Of a DNA stretch of 64,000 nt, positions 1-12,959 are shown piece after piece; positions within the stretch are counted from its first letter, which is position 1; the number at the start of each line of letters is the position of its first letter. The notes beneath the pieces are model-generated. The model did no database searches and was not told the origin of the DNA. It saw only the letters and a program-made list of their open reading frames with translations. Origin of the DNA: Octopus vulgaris (Eukaryota); NCBI GenBank assembly GCA_951406725.2, contig OX597821.1, positions 89,404,001 to 89,468,000 of the forward strand, given 5' to 3'. The translations under genes were made by a program, and so were the position numbers.

Positions 1-3
1 TAA

Positions 4-224
4 CCCTTTCATTACTGTATTTATTTTGAGATTCTCTGTTTTTCTCTCAATTATTTTAGATATAACAAAGAATTTAGTAAAATAACTCAGTTATCATTAA
101 TCTAGTGTTAGGAAGATTAATTGTGACTAAGGTTTGGTGAAAAATTTTAATTCAAAGCTTATGAAAACAAGACATTTGTACTACAAAGCCAGAGCCGGCT
201 TCAGCCGGGTTAGTAACGAAAGGG
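4..224. mobile_element. piggyBac-type MITE
   Basis: Ends CCCTTTCATTAC...GTAACGAAAGGG (11/12 inverted match). Flanked by TAA at the window edge and TTAA at 225-228. No ORF. Confidence 0.75.
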
Positions 225-378
225 TTAAAAAGAAAAAAAATGAAGGTTGGTGACAAGAAAGTCATCCCGCTTTCAGAAAAAAAAGTCTCAATAAATTCAG
301 TCCTACTCGGGCAAGCATGGAAAAATGGATGCTAAAATGATGATGATGATGATGATGTTGATATACTGGAATCAATTA

Positions 379-978
379 GGCAGCGAGCTGGCAGAAATGT
401 TAGCACGCCGGGTGAAATGCGTAGCCGTATTTCGTCTGCCGTTACGTTCTGAGTTCAAATTCTGCCGAGGTTGACTGTGCCTTTCATCCTTTCGGGGTCG
501 ATAAATTAAGTACCAGTTACGCACTGGGGAAGATATAATCTACTTAATCCATTTGTCTGTCCTTGTTTGTCCTCTCTGTGTTTAGCCCCTTTTGGGTAGT
601 AAAGAAATAGGTATTTCGTCTGCCGTTACGTTCTGAGTTCAAATTCTGCCTAGGTCGACTTTGCCTTTCATCCTTTTGGGGTCGATAAATTAAGTACCAG
701 TTATGCACTGGGAGTTGATGTAATTGACTTAATCTGTTTGTCTGTCCTTGTTTGTCCTCTCTGTGTTTAGCCCCCTGTGGGTAGTAAAGAAATAGGTATT
801 TCGTCTGCCGTTACGTTCTGAGTTCAAATTCCGTCGAGGTCGACTTTGCCTTTCATCCTTTCGGGGGTCGATAAATTAAGTACCAGTTACGCACTGGGGT
901 CGATATAATCGACTTAATCCGTTTGTCTGTCCTTGTTTGTCCTCTCTGTGTTTAGCCCCTTGCGGGTAGTAAAGAAAT
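379..978 (+). mobile_element. tRNA-headed SINE family A, head plus three tandem ~184-bp body units
   Basis: A-box-like GAGCTGGCAGAA and B-box GAGTTCAAATTC. Core GCCTTTCATCCTTTCGGGGTCGATAAA occurs three times. 18-bp TSD ATATACTGGAATCAATTA at 361-378 and 979-996. Confidence 0.9.
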
Positions 979-1879
979 ATATACTGGAATCAATTATTAC
1001 CACAATACAGTTTTATTTGTCTGTGCTGGTAAAATAAAGCAACAGTTAACCATTGGAATCAGTTCATTTGATGATGTCATCGCCATAAAATATGTGGCCT
1101 TGCATTAATAAGAAATGTAATAATATTCTTGGTAGCTTTGTAAATTTAGAAAAATTCTCGAGATGTTCAGTTTTCTTGTTGTCTAGTAGCATGAAAGGGC
1201 AGCAAGGCCTATCAGAAAGTGGGAACTGTATGACTGGGGATGGGGTATTTGGTATTGTGATGCTCATTAAGATAAGTAGGGTAATTTGAGTAGTGATATA
1301 TAAGTAAAGGCTGCGACTGGTGGTTGTGGTGGTGGTGGTAGTGGTGGTGGTGGCATTGGTGGTCTTTTGTGGTTGTTGTGATAGAATGATGTTTAATGAT
1401 ATTTTTAATCATTTCATTTGGTTTTCTTCACATTCCTGCTGATATAGAGGCTTTCAACATCAGCTATATAGATAAGGGCTGGTCTATTTGGCGCCTTCTA
1501 TTGTGTTACATATCAGAGTATCATGTTCAAAGATTATGTTGTAAACATGTCTGGAATACAGAGTTTAACTGTATATGGTAAAACTCTGAGAAATCACTGA
1601 AAGACAATCTCACATAAACACGCACATGTATATAAAGAGAGTGAGAGAGATAGCGAGAGAGAACTATATAGATATATAACAGATATACAGATATACAGAT
1701 ATAATTGAATTATTTCAGGGAATACTATACGTGTTAATTCACTTAAGTGATGTGCTCTCACACATACTTATTTCTAAATATTTTCACACATAAACGAACA
1801 TGAAAGATGCACATACGCAGTTGCACATACATATTTATATATGTATATTTAAAAAATATTTATAAGCTAAATACTATTG

Positions 1880-2323
1880 CTTATGTATGCATGTATGTAT
1901 GTATGTATGTATGTATGTATGTATGTATGTATGTATGTATGCATGCATGTATGTATGTATGTATGTATGTATGTATGTGTGTATGTATGTATGCATTATG
2001 TATGCATGCATGCATGTATGTATGCATGCATGCATGTATGTATGTATGTCTGTATGTATGTATGCATTATGTATGTATGTATGTATGAAATGTGTGAATT
2101 CATATGTATGTATATATGTATGTCCGTATGTATGTGTGTATGTATATATGTATGTATGTATATATGTATGTATGTAATATGTATGTATGTATTATGTATG
2201 TATATATATGTATGCATTATGCTGTATGTATGAAGTGTGTGAATTCATACATACATATACAGAGACATACACACATAAAGATAAATAGATAGATAGATCG
2301 ACAGACCAACAAAAAAAGGATGC

Positions 2324-2408
<85 letters not shown>

Positions 2409-2410
2409 TG
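1880..2410. repeat. (ATGT)n and (ATAG)n microsatellites
   Basis: Direct inspection. Confidence 0.95.
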
Positions 2411-2544
2411 TATGCCTCTGTGTGTACAAGCAAATTTTGCACAAATATGCCAGAATGATGCATTATATAGACCAATGTGTGCATGGGCAAGGGTATGTAA
2501 ATTTACAAACAATATAGATTTATCCGCATCTCTTGATCTTTCTA

Positions 2545-2970
2545 GGTATGGCTGTTTTTTGAGAAGTCTATTTCCCAACCACGTGATCTTGGGTTCAATC
2601 TCACTACATGGTTCCTTGGGCAAGTGTCCCCCACCCCCATCTACTAAAGCCATGTAAGTGAATATGGTAGACAGAAACTGAAAGAAGCCCACCACACACA
2701 TATATATGTATATGTATGTGTGTGGGTGAATATATTTATTTGTACCTTATCTATACATCGTGCAATGGTTGCAAATGAGCATTACTGTAATACAACCAAG
2801 ATTCTTCATTTCAAACATGAAAATCATGTATTGTTATATAGAAAATATCCCTTTGCTTGGAAACAGGTGAGGTTTGGTGACCGAAAGGCCTCTCGCCATA
2901 GAAAAATCTTCCTCAACAAATTCCCTCTGAACCATTCAAGCATGGAAAAGAGGAAATTAAATGATGACAC
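2545..2970 (+). mobile_element. Old SINE with family-B-like head and RTE-like 3' tail
   Basis: GGGTTCAATC B box, CCTTGGGCAAGTGTC core, 3' end CAAGCATGGAAAAG...AAATGATGA. Similar tails at 240-358 and 41100-41225. Confidence 0.6.
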
Positions 2971-2984
2971 ATAATAGATATTCA

Positions 2985-3193
2985 TTTACTCTTTTACTTC
3001 TTTCAGTCATTTGACTGTGGCCATACTGGATCACTGCCTTTAGTCAAACAAATTGACCCCAGGACTTATTCTTTGTAAGCCTGGTATATATTCTGTTGTT
3101 CTCTTTTGTCGAACCACTAGGTTATGAGGACATAAACACACCAACATCAGTTGTGAAGCGATGGTGGAGGGACAAACATAGATACATACACAA

Positions 3194-3238
<45 letters not shown>

Positions 3239-3287
3239 CACACACACATATATATATACATATATATAAATATATGTATATATATTA

Positions 3288-3360
<73 letters not shown>

Positions 3361-3384
3361 TATGTATATCTATATATATATATG

Positions 3385-3416
<32 letters not shown>

Positions 3417-3419
3417 CAT

Positions 3420-3474
<55 letters not shown>

Positions 3475-3568
3475 AGGTTTCTTTCAGTTTCCATCAACCA
3501 AATCCACTCACAAGGCTTTGGTTGGCTTGAGGCTACAGTAGAAGACACTTGCTCAATGTGCCATGCTG
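2985..3568 (-). mobile_element. SINE family B lacking its head, with expanded internal (TA)n
   Basis: Matches the other B copies in the window. Confidence 0.85.
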
Positions 3569-3605
3569 TAAGTTCTTTTTGTTCATGATTGAAATAACTA
3601 AATTA

Positions 3606-4128
3606 TTGGGTTGTCCGGAAAGTTTGTGCCAATTTTTAAAGGAAAGAAAAAGGTCAATAAATACTTGCCATTATATTTTTAATCAACCAAATATGAACCA
3701 TTTTGTTGCACAATGCGTCTCCATCTTTCCTTTAACCCTCTTCCCAGAACTGAGGTAGTTTCATGGCAAAGAATTCATCAAGGTATCTTTTTACATCATC
3801 CAAGGAATTGCAATTTTTATCATTAAGACTATTCTGCAGAGACCTGAATAAGTGGAAATCCAAAGGAGCAATATCTGGTGAATATGGAGGGTGGGATAAC
3901 ACATCCCAGCTGAGCTGCAGCAATTTTGAACTTTCTTATCTTCCATTTTAAAGGGTTACAGAATTAACACAGTTTATAGGAACATAAACCTTCTTCCAAG
4001 AAAAGATAGCTTAAACTGTGCTCTAAACGGAGGTGTAGTCAAATCCTATTTTATGGACTCAAACATTTTCTAAAATAAGTCGAAATGTAAGCTACTATAA
4101 ATCGGCACAAACTTTCCGGACAACCCAA
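3606..4128 (-). mobile_element. Internally deleted mariner element with transposase remnant
   Basis: ~30-bp TIRs TTGGGTTGTCCGGAAAGTTTGTGCC(A/G)ATTT with TA on both sides. Minus strand encodes WDVLSHPPYSPDIAPLDFHLFRSLQNSL (YSPDLAP motif) and, after a frameshift, LKERWRRIVQQNGSYLVD*. Confidence 0.93.
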
Positions 4129-4540
4129 TAAATTGCATATTCAGGAACCAACTTCAATAGGTTTCTGCAGATGCTTGAGTTCCAAGCTAAATTTTTTTTA
4201 CGAAATAGCACCTTGATCTTGTTGGGAAACTGCAGCAACTGATTTCAATAGGGAAAGCACCTAACCAAAATTTCCTCTAATTTTTCCCAACCGCTGAGTA
4301 CAACTACTGATCAATATATTTGAACAAAGATATTTTAATATTGAAAACTTTAATGCAGATTATCAATCACATGTTTATAAATTGAAATGAATGGCAACAG
4401 TATTTTAATATTCACAGCATCAATGCCATGACTGCATAGCTATGTATTTATGCAGCTTCTAAGGAACCTAGCTAGGAAACCTTTTCAGCCAGGTATAACA
4501 AGATCATAAGTGTTTCTTGTCAGTGTACCTTGCCTGAGTG

Positions 4541-4860
4541 AAGATGAATGGCTCAGTGGTTAGAATGTCAGAATCACAATCATGAGGTGGTGTGTTCAAT
4601 TCCTTGAGTGGGCTGTGTGTTGTGTTCTTAAGCAGACCACTATATTTCATGTTGCTCCAATTAACTCAGCTGTAGAAATAAGTTGGTGTATATAGCCATT
4701 GCGTTTCCCTTGGATAACATTGGTGGCATAGAGAGGGGAGCCTGGTATGCATGGGGCGACTGCAAGCCCCTCACAAAGAAAAACCTTACCCAGACTTGTG
4801 TCTTGAAGAGAAACTTTGTAGGTGCAGTCCCATGGTCATTCATGGCTGAAGTGGAGTTTT
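4541..4860 (+). mobile_element. tRNA-headed SINE family E (old)
   Basis: TGGCTCAGTGGTTAGA A box and GTTCAATTCC B box. Homologous to the inverted copy at 28888-29238. Confidence 0.8.
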
Positions 4861-4954
4861 GTCTTGTCTGAGAGGGGCAGCAAAAACTTCACCTGTTGAA
4901 GCATCCTGCCAGCATTCTCTTTTCAGCATTATTTATCTTGAACTGTTTTCAACT

Positions 4955-4991
4955 AACATGACTTTTCCTTCAATAGGTTTCGTCAGATGTT
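4955..4991 (-). ncRNA. Degenerate minimal hammerhead-ribozyme-like motif
   Basis: Minus strand AACAU-CUGACGA-AA-CCU-AUUGA-AGG-AAAA-GUC-AUGUU: 5-bp stem I, intact CUGACGA, GUC triplet; stem II/GAAA junction imperfect. Confidence 0.45.
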
Positions 4992-6851
4992 TGAGTTCCA
5001 AGCTATTATTTTACTAGAAATAAAACAATGATCTTACTGGAAAATTGCCTTAGCTGATGTTATCATGAAAAGCCTCTAACTTCAAAGGGAAAGCATGTAG
5101 CATGTTATTCTTTAACAAGAGCCTGATGTATCAAGTCCTGGTTGTTAGGTTTCTTCATATGGTGAACTATGACAAGTCCGTTCTTCCAGAACAGTGCAAA
5201 TTCAGTTACAAATATGGTCTTATGCTTCTGGATAAAATAACCATGTCTGCTAAGAATGAACTTACTCCCACTTTTTCTACATAAATGAGTTTATTTTATT
5301 CTTTTTGAAGTTCACTTGTATCTCTGATACAATGCCAAATTATACATAAATTTACCACAGTTCATCTTGTCTTCAATAACTTATTACCTTCCCTTTGAAA
5401 ATTGACATTTTGGGGTAGTGATCCCAGCAGTTTGTTGGGTTTAACCCTGCAAGTAATTCATTTAGTACTTCCTGTAAGGACCCTGTCATGCAGGCCTTTC
5501 CACAGTGCTTTGGGATATTTGTTCAAAAAAAGATTTAAGTTTGCATAATCTGTCCTTTTCTTTGAGACACAATTTTTAGTTTCTTTGCAGTTGTGAAGGA
5601 GTTAGTCCTACACACATGAAAAGAAGGCCAACAAATTCTGGCCAGTACTCCAGAGATTCTTCCAAGTCAGTTATCATACTAGTAACTGGTACCGGTACAT
5701 TTACTGATCCTTGCAGGCAAGCACTGCCATTTTTATGTGATAATCATCCTCTGCTTTCTCTCAGACAAATATGATACAAGTTTTCTGTTGCCCCAGGCAT
5801 TTGAGTCACTCCACCTCTTGATGTTACAGCTGAAATGTTTTAGTCACCACTCAACAGTTTTCATCAACCAAATTTTGCCAGAGTTTATAACAAATGTCAC
5901 TTGCCCAAGGTGCTTTGCAGTGCAATAAAACCCAAAAGTACATGGTTGTGAAGTAAAGTTCTTAACTGCAGAGTCATACATATACCTGCACACATAATTG
6001 TACAAGCACACATATTCGTAAATACATGCACACATGTAGACATGCACACATTTACACACACATATAAGCAATGAAGGTAAACACAAAAGACAACACCACC
6101 CAGAGAAAGTGAGAGAGAGAGAGAGAGAGAAAGAGAAAGAGGAAGAGAGAATAGATGTAATTGTTCGCTGTAAACTACAGTAAATATACAACATTGATTT
6201 ATTGAATGTTTTGTTCAAAAATCTATTGTTTCGTTCCTGCCTTCCCATTTTCCTTCTTAAATCCTCTCTACCAATCCAATTTGTATTATATTCTTTAGGA
6301 AAAATCAGGACTTGTTTTGTTTCTTATATTTATGTATGTACAATGTGTATGTGTATATATACGTGTGTGTGTGTGTGTGTATACAGACACACATACATAC
6401 ACACATACAAACATACACATATATACATACACACGCATGTATTCCCTTCAATTTTTATTATTGTTCTTATTTTTTAAAATATTTTTCATTTTTAAAACTT
6501 TCATATACTTATTGCATCTCTTTCTATTTTACTTCTATTTTCACTTTATACACCTGAACTATTTTCACTCTCTTTTCTTTTCATTAATTTTCCTTTTCTC
6601 ATATCTGTTTTTCCTTTAGTGTTGAATTTTCTTTATATGTTTTTATCAGTATTTTTTCTTATCCCTTTCTTGGGGAGTAACGGTGCTTCTAGCCCCCCAC
6701 TTCATTGTCACCATCATTAAAACTATTCTTACAGCAACCATCACTGTCATTAACGTGACAGCAACAAATGCGAAACCCCAAAATGGTCATTTACCTAGAT
6801 CAGTGTTTCTCAACGTTTTTACCCTTGCATAACTCTTAAAATAAATTACAC

Positions 6852-7250
6852 AGGCGTAGGAGTGGCTGTGTGGTAATTAGCTTGCTTACCAACCACATGA
6901 TTCCGGGTTCAGTCCCACTGCATGGCACTCTGGGCAAGTGTCTTCTACTATAGCCTTGGGCCAACCAAAACCTTGTGAGTGGATTTGGTAGACGGAAACT
7001 GAAAGAAGCCCGTCGTATATATGTATATATATATGTGTGTGTGTGTCTGTGTTTGTCCCCCCAACATCGTTTGACAACCGATGCTGGTGTGTTTACGTCC
7101 CTGTAACTTAGCAGTTCGGCAAAAGAGACCGATAGAATAAGTACTAGGCTTACAAAAAATAAGTCCTGGGGTTGATTTGCTCGACTAAAAGGCGGTGCTC
7201 CAGCATGGCCGCAGTCAAATGACTGAAACAAGTAAAAGAGTAAAGAGTAA
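6852..7250 (+). mobile_element. SINE family B, full length (tRNA head, CORE-like segment, internal TA/TG microsatellite, AAAAGAGT tail)
   Basis: TGGCTGTGTGGTAA A box and GGGTTCAGTCCC B box. More than 20 related copies in the window. Confidence 0.92.
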
Positions 7251-7330
7251 GAGAGTCTCAAGAAACCACTGCACAAAAAAATTTATATATCATATCTTTC
7301 TCATATATTTTTCATAATAGTTCATGTGGT

Positions 7331-8672
7331 AGCACCTGGCACATCAGGAATCACCGCTGAGATTCTTAAAATATCGGGCGATGTGGGTTATGGTCTTGTC
7401 ACCCGCATCATAAATCAGGCAGTTCATAAGGAGTCATACCCAATGAGTGGTATAGCAGCACCAAAGTCAACTGCTATGAAGATAAAGGTAATGCTTTAGA
7501 TAGAAATAACTACAGGGGTATCAAATTATTGGATCAGGTGATGAAAGTTACAGAGCGGGTCATAGCCCAACAAATTAGAGAGAGAGTTAGCCTAGAAGAG
7601 ATACAGTTTGGGTTTGTGCTAGGCAGAAGCACCACTTATGATAAATCTCTGGTAAGGCAGCTGCAGGTGAAATATCTAGCCAAAGATAAACCTCTGTACT
7701 TGGCTTCTGTTGACTTGGAGAAAGCCTTTGATAGGGTCGGGTCCTCTGATCATTTATCTGGTGGTCAAGGCAGAAACTGGGGATAGACAAGTGGTTGGTA
7801 AGAGCTGTACAAGCCCTGTACAGGGATGCTGTCAGTAAGGTGAGGGTTGGCAACGAGTAGAGTGAAGAATTCCAGGTAGAAGTAGGGTTCACCAAGGATC
7901 AGTCCTCAGCCCCCTTCTTATTCATTATAGTCCTCCAGGCATTAACAGAGGAATTCAAGACAGGCTGCTGCTGGGAGCTCCTCTATGCTGATGACCTTGC
8001 TCTAATAGCCAGAACGAGAGACAAAGTTTAGGGTGTAGAAGCGAGGTCAAGAATCGAGGGGCCTTGGGGTTAACCTAGCAAAAACCACAGCCTTGGTAAA
8101 TAGGAAGGCTGACAAATCAGAAGCCCCTTCAGGTAGATGGCCCTGCTAGATCTGTAGAAAAGCATGAGTAGAAACTCCATACAATGTACCCTGAGTAAGT
8201 TATGGATACATAAAAGATATAGTAATATCAAAGGAAGGTTAACTGGGAAGATCGTTTTTGTGCATGGCAGATGCACAAGGGCAATAAACACTGAAGATGT
8301 ACAGAAAACAGATTCCATCATATGCCAGGGGAAAAAACTAGAAGTAGTTGATAGCTTCCACTACGTGGGTGACCAAGTCTGTAGTGGGGTGGTTGCTCTG
8401 TGAGTGTAGCTGCAAGAATAAGTATAGCCTGGACAAAGTTCAGGGAGCGCCTACCTCTGCTGGCAACTAAGGGCCTCTCACACAGGATGTATGGTAGACT
8501 ATATGATGCATGTGTGTGAACTGTCATGCTACTAGGTAGTGAAACATGGGCCATGACTGCTGAGGACATGTGTAGGCTTGAAAGAAAGAAGCTAGTATGA
8601 TTCACTAGATGTGTAATGTCAATGTGCATACGTGACAGATTGTAAGCACCCTGAGAGACAAGTTAGATATAA
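7331..8672 (+). pseudogene. RTE-type non-LTR retrotransposon reverse transcriptase fragment with stops and frameshifts
   Basis: NYRGIKLL, QFGF..GRSTT, VDLEKAFDRV, QGSVLSP, LLYADDLALIA (YADD at 7984-7995) and GSETW motifs. Confidence 0.92.
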
Positions 8673-9188
8673 TCGTTATGAGACATCATGGTAGAATATC
8701 TTGTCACCAAGTAGGGATGTCATAGGTGACATTCTCATTGCTATTGGTGTTGTAAATGAAGTGAGACTCTTTCCAATCAGGAACAGAGTGTTTGGGAGCT
8801 GGGTAGAATAGAACAACCAGAATTAGGAACACAATATAGATCTCTGTCAAAATGAGTAGTTAGAGATAGTAAAAGCGAATGAACAGAAGTGGGAAAGGGT
8901 GGAGGAGAAAGAAACTGGTTGTAAGGGGAAGTAAAAGGAAGAGTAGGCACCGCGTATTACTGGTGCTTGAGTGTATCTATGCATGTGTATGAGTGTGTGT
9001 GTGTGCGTGTGTATGTATGTGTTTGTAGCAAGGTTTAGCAAAATAGGCAAAGTTTTCATTTGTGTGTAGGTTAAATAGTACCTATTGTATGATGCGTATA
9101 TCATTTTGTCTGTATATTTGCACACATATATGGAATGAATAGTTAAGCCCATGGTCCAATGCATGTATGATATGTTTAGTCTAAATGG

Positions 9189-9225
<37 letters not shown>

Positions 9226-9491
9226 CTCACACATACACATGCATGTAGATCGACACATTGCCCAAGAGATCCATATAAATATATAAATAGTTAAATATAA
9301 AAACAGATATATTGACAGACAGATAAGTAGGTAAATTATTGAAATGACAATAATTCTATAATTACAAGACCTTATAATTACAATATCTAATTAGCTCTTT
9401 ATATATCATGCTTAATATAAGTCCATCATGATAGGCAAATTTACTGCGGTATTTATCCAAAGATAACATCTCTTCTGGACATACTATGTTT

Positions 9492-9538
<47 letters not shown>

Positions 9539-9564
9539 CACATACACACACATTGTGTTTTTGA

Positions 9565-9771
9565 CCCTTCAGCATTCATATTACTCTGTCAAGTATAATG
9601 CTTATTTATTTACATTGTTTTGAAGTAATTAGACATTGCTTTGTAGCTTTGGGATATCAATGATGTGGTTGGTCTTTTTTTAGCCTGATACAAGAGGCAG
9701 GATCTGGCCAGTCTGAACCTAGAACAGATAAAATAAACTGGCCACATCTGGCCAGTTTAAAGGCTAAAGGG
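9565..9771. mobile_element. piggyBac-type MITE, second family (degenerate)
   Basis: CCCTTCAGC...GCTAAAGGG ends with TTAA-like flanks. Related copies near 22797-23643, 43828-44031 and 45401-45562. Confidence 0.65.
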
Positions 9772-10027
9772 TAAAATCCAGCACGTCCACAACAAATTTT
9801 ATCTTTGGACAAATGCTGCCATAAATTTTCCTATCACAATGCATTTACATTAAGTATGATATATAAATGGCAACTTAAATGTCTAATGCTTGTCTCAGTA
9901 GGTTTATATTATCTTCTGATACTAAGAACAATCCCACATCATTCTCAACAAATGCCTATTCTGGTTGTTTTCTCAACAGGACTATTTACATACTGTGTTA
10001 GAGTTTAGAGAGACTGGGTATTTCATA

Positions 10028-10259
10028 GGCGGCAAGCTGGCAGAATCGTTAGCACGTCGGGCGAAATGCTTAGCGGTATTTCGGCTGCTGTTATGTTGTG
10101 AGTTCAAATTCCGCCCAGGTCGACTTTGCCTTTCATCCTTTCGGGTTCGATAAATTAAGTACCACTTACGCACTGGGGTCGATGTAATCGACTTAATGCC
10201 TATGTCTGTCCTTGTTTGTCCCCTCTATGTTTAGCCCCTTGTGGGTAATAAGGAAATAG
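10028..10259 (+). mobile_element. SINE family A
   Basis: Full head and body. TSD GGTATTTCATAGG at 10017-10029 and 10259-10271. Confidence 0.9.
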
Positions 10260-10301
10260 GTATTTCATAGGAAATAGTATTCTTAATGTAAAGTTGTTGT
10301 A

Positions 10302-10613
10302 GTGGAGGTGCAATAGCCCTGTAGTTAGGGCAGCGGACTCGCAGTCAGAGGATTGCGGTTTTGATTTCCAGAACGGGCGTTGTGTGTGTTTATCGCGCGA
10401 AAACACCTAAAGCTCCACGAGGCTCCGGCAGGGGGTGGTGGCAACCCCTGTTGTACTCTTTCACCCCAACTTTCTCTTACACTTTCTTCTTGTTCTTGAG
10501 TAACGCTGTGAAGGACGGGCATGCCGTCCAGCTGGGAAGCGGGGACACATACGCCACAAAAACCGGGAAACTGGGCCCATGAGCCTGGCTAGGCTTGAAA
10601 AAGAGCATTAAAA
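10302..10613 (+). mobile_element. tRNA-headed SINE family C
   Basis: Head shared with the 34509 and 47245 copies. TSD-like GTTGTTGTAG at 10293 and 10617. Confidence 0.85.
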
Positions 10614-10719
10614 AATGTTGTTGTAGAATCTTTATGGAGAGTGGCCCAGGGGCCTCACAGGTCTAGAGGCCCAATTTGGAGCTATGTATATGATCTGCTG
10701 TCAATATATAACTACTGTA

Positions 10720-11170
10720 GGGTGGCAAACTGACAGAATAATTATCATGCTGGAAAAAATGTTTAGCACCATTTCTTCCGACTTTAGATTCTGAGTACAA
10801 ATGTTTCCAGGATCAACTTAGCCATTAGTCATTTCAGAATCAATAAAATAAGTACCAGTTGAACCCTGGGATCGATATAATTGATTTACCACTCCAATGA
10901 AGTTGCTGGCTTTGTGCCAAAATTTGAAATCAATACTTCAATACTGTAGGCTGGCAAAGTGGCAGAATCGTTACCATGCTGGAAAAAAATGCTTAGCAGC
11001 ATTTCTGTTTCTTCTGACTGTATGTTTTGAGTTCAAATGTTGCCAGGGTCGACTTTGCTTTTCATCCTTTTGGGGTCAATGAAATTAGTATCAACTGAGC
11101 ACTTAGGTCAATGCAATGGACTTACCCCTCCAATGAAGTTGCTGGCCTTGTACCAAAATTTGAAATCAAG
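10720..11170 (+). mobile_element. Two old tandem family-A-related SINEs
   Basis: Two diverged head+core copies ending TGAAGTTGCTGGC...AAATTTGAAATCAA. Confidence 0.7.
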
Positions 11171-12699
11171 ATATAAATAGTACAGGGCCCAGTGCAAGGA
11201 TTTTTCTCAGGGGCCTATAATGCTGCTAAGATGGCTCTGATGATGATCTCTGAAAATCCCATTGTTTCTATTACAGGTTTAATTCTGCTGTCAAGCTTCC
11301 ACACAGTTTCCAGCCAAAAAAGTTGCCTCACTAAGCTATTGTTGACCTAAAGTTAAGGTAGAAGAAAGACACACGTACACGATGGCACACAACTGGATTG
11401 AATCCAGAACCTCGTAACTAAGGAGCAAATTTGCTAACCACATTGAACATTTCCCCACTTAGAATATATATTACACAATAACAATACACATGCATATGCA
11501 TGCACACACATACACAGAACTTTATAAAAAAAAATTACAGCCAATCATAAGTTGCAAATATATTTGGAAATAAATTACAAATGGAAAATTACTTCACTTT
11601 TTTTTTTCCTTTGCGTGTGTGTATATGTGTCTGTGTTTTTAAACATTGAATATATTTGAAGAGAAACAGTAAATTTTCTATTTTCAGTTTCTTTGTATTC
11701 TACCTATGTTTCATTAAAATAAAAATTATCTTGACATTGATGTTGACATTGTTATTGCTGTTGCTATGGTACTATATACATTCTTTCTTTTTCCCCCTAT
11801 TTTAATTTTCTTATTTTATTTTATTTCGTTTATTTATTATGATATATTTTGTGGATTGGATGTATGGGTGTTGGGAGGAGAGTATATTTTATTTTATCCT
11901 AATGATTTTACTAATAAGTATGTGAATTAGTTTCTTTGTGGAGAATTGAAAATTTTGTCGAGAAAAATATTTTTATGCAATGTTCAATAAAATTTATTTT
12001 CATCATTATTATTATCATCATCATCGTCGTCATCATCATTGTCGTTGTTGCTGTTGTTGTTGTTGTTATTGTTATCATCATCATCTTCATCATCATCATC
12101 ATCATCATTATTATTGTTATTGCACTTGTTATTAGTGTTCTGCAAATTTTATTTTCAATTTGTTTTTATTGTAAATTTTTCTTTTTTTAAATAATTTTCC
12201 TTACTTTTAAATATTTTATTTCTATTTTATTACAAACAATAATAATGTTTATTGTTTAGTATGGGATTTTAGTAAAACATTCAGAGTTGGAAACAATAAT
12301 TTTATGTTCTACTCTTATTACTTTCAGAAAATAATGATAATAGCAGTAATAACAATGTGTGATTTCATATTTATATGTACACATGCATATACGCCAACAT
12401 ACAAATATCTATTTATCTACCTGTCTATCTACCTGATGTGAGTGTGCATGTGGTGGGGGTGTATGTATATGTGTGTGTATATGTGTGTATGTATATTAAG
12501 CTGATATGAAAATTATTCTGTTTTTAGATTTTCCTCTTGTTATCTGCTATTTTGGAATGGTTGTGTGTCTCCTAAAGGTGAGCAGGATACATATATAAAG
12601 AAGGAGATTGAAACAGGAAGGAGTGATAATCTATTGATAGATACATAGATGTAAGAAAGACATTGTTTGAAAGTGTGTGTGTGTGTATGTATGTGTATA

Positions 12700-12959
<260 letters not shown>

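Noticed and set aside
6801-7271. hAT MITE around the SINE at 6852 (CAGTGTTTCTCAAC)
   Set aside because: Right end is weak and there is no matching 8-bp TSD
12528-12577. 50-nt exon-like segment (TTTTTAG ... AAG/GTGAGC)
   Set aside because: Plausible splice signals, but no partner exons or recognisable peptide
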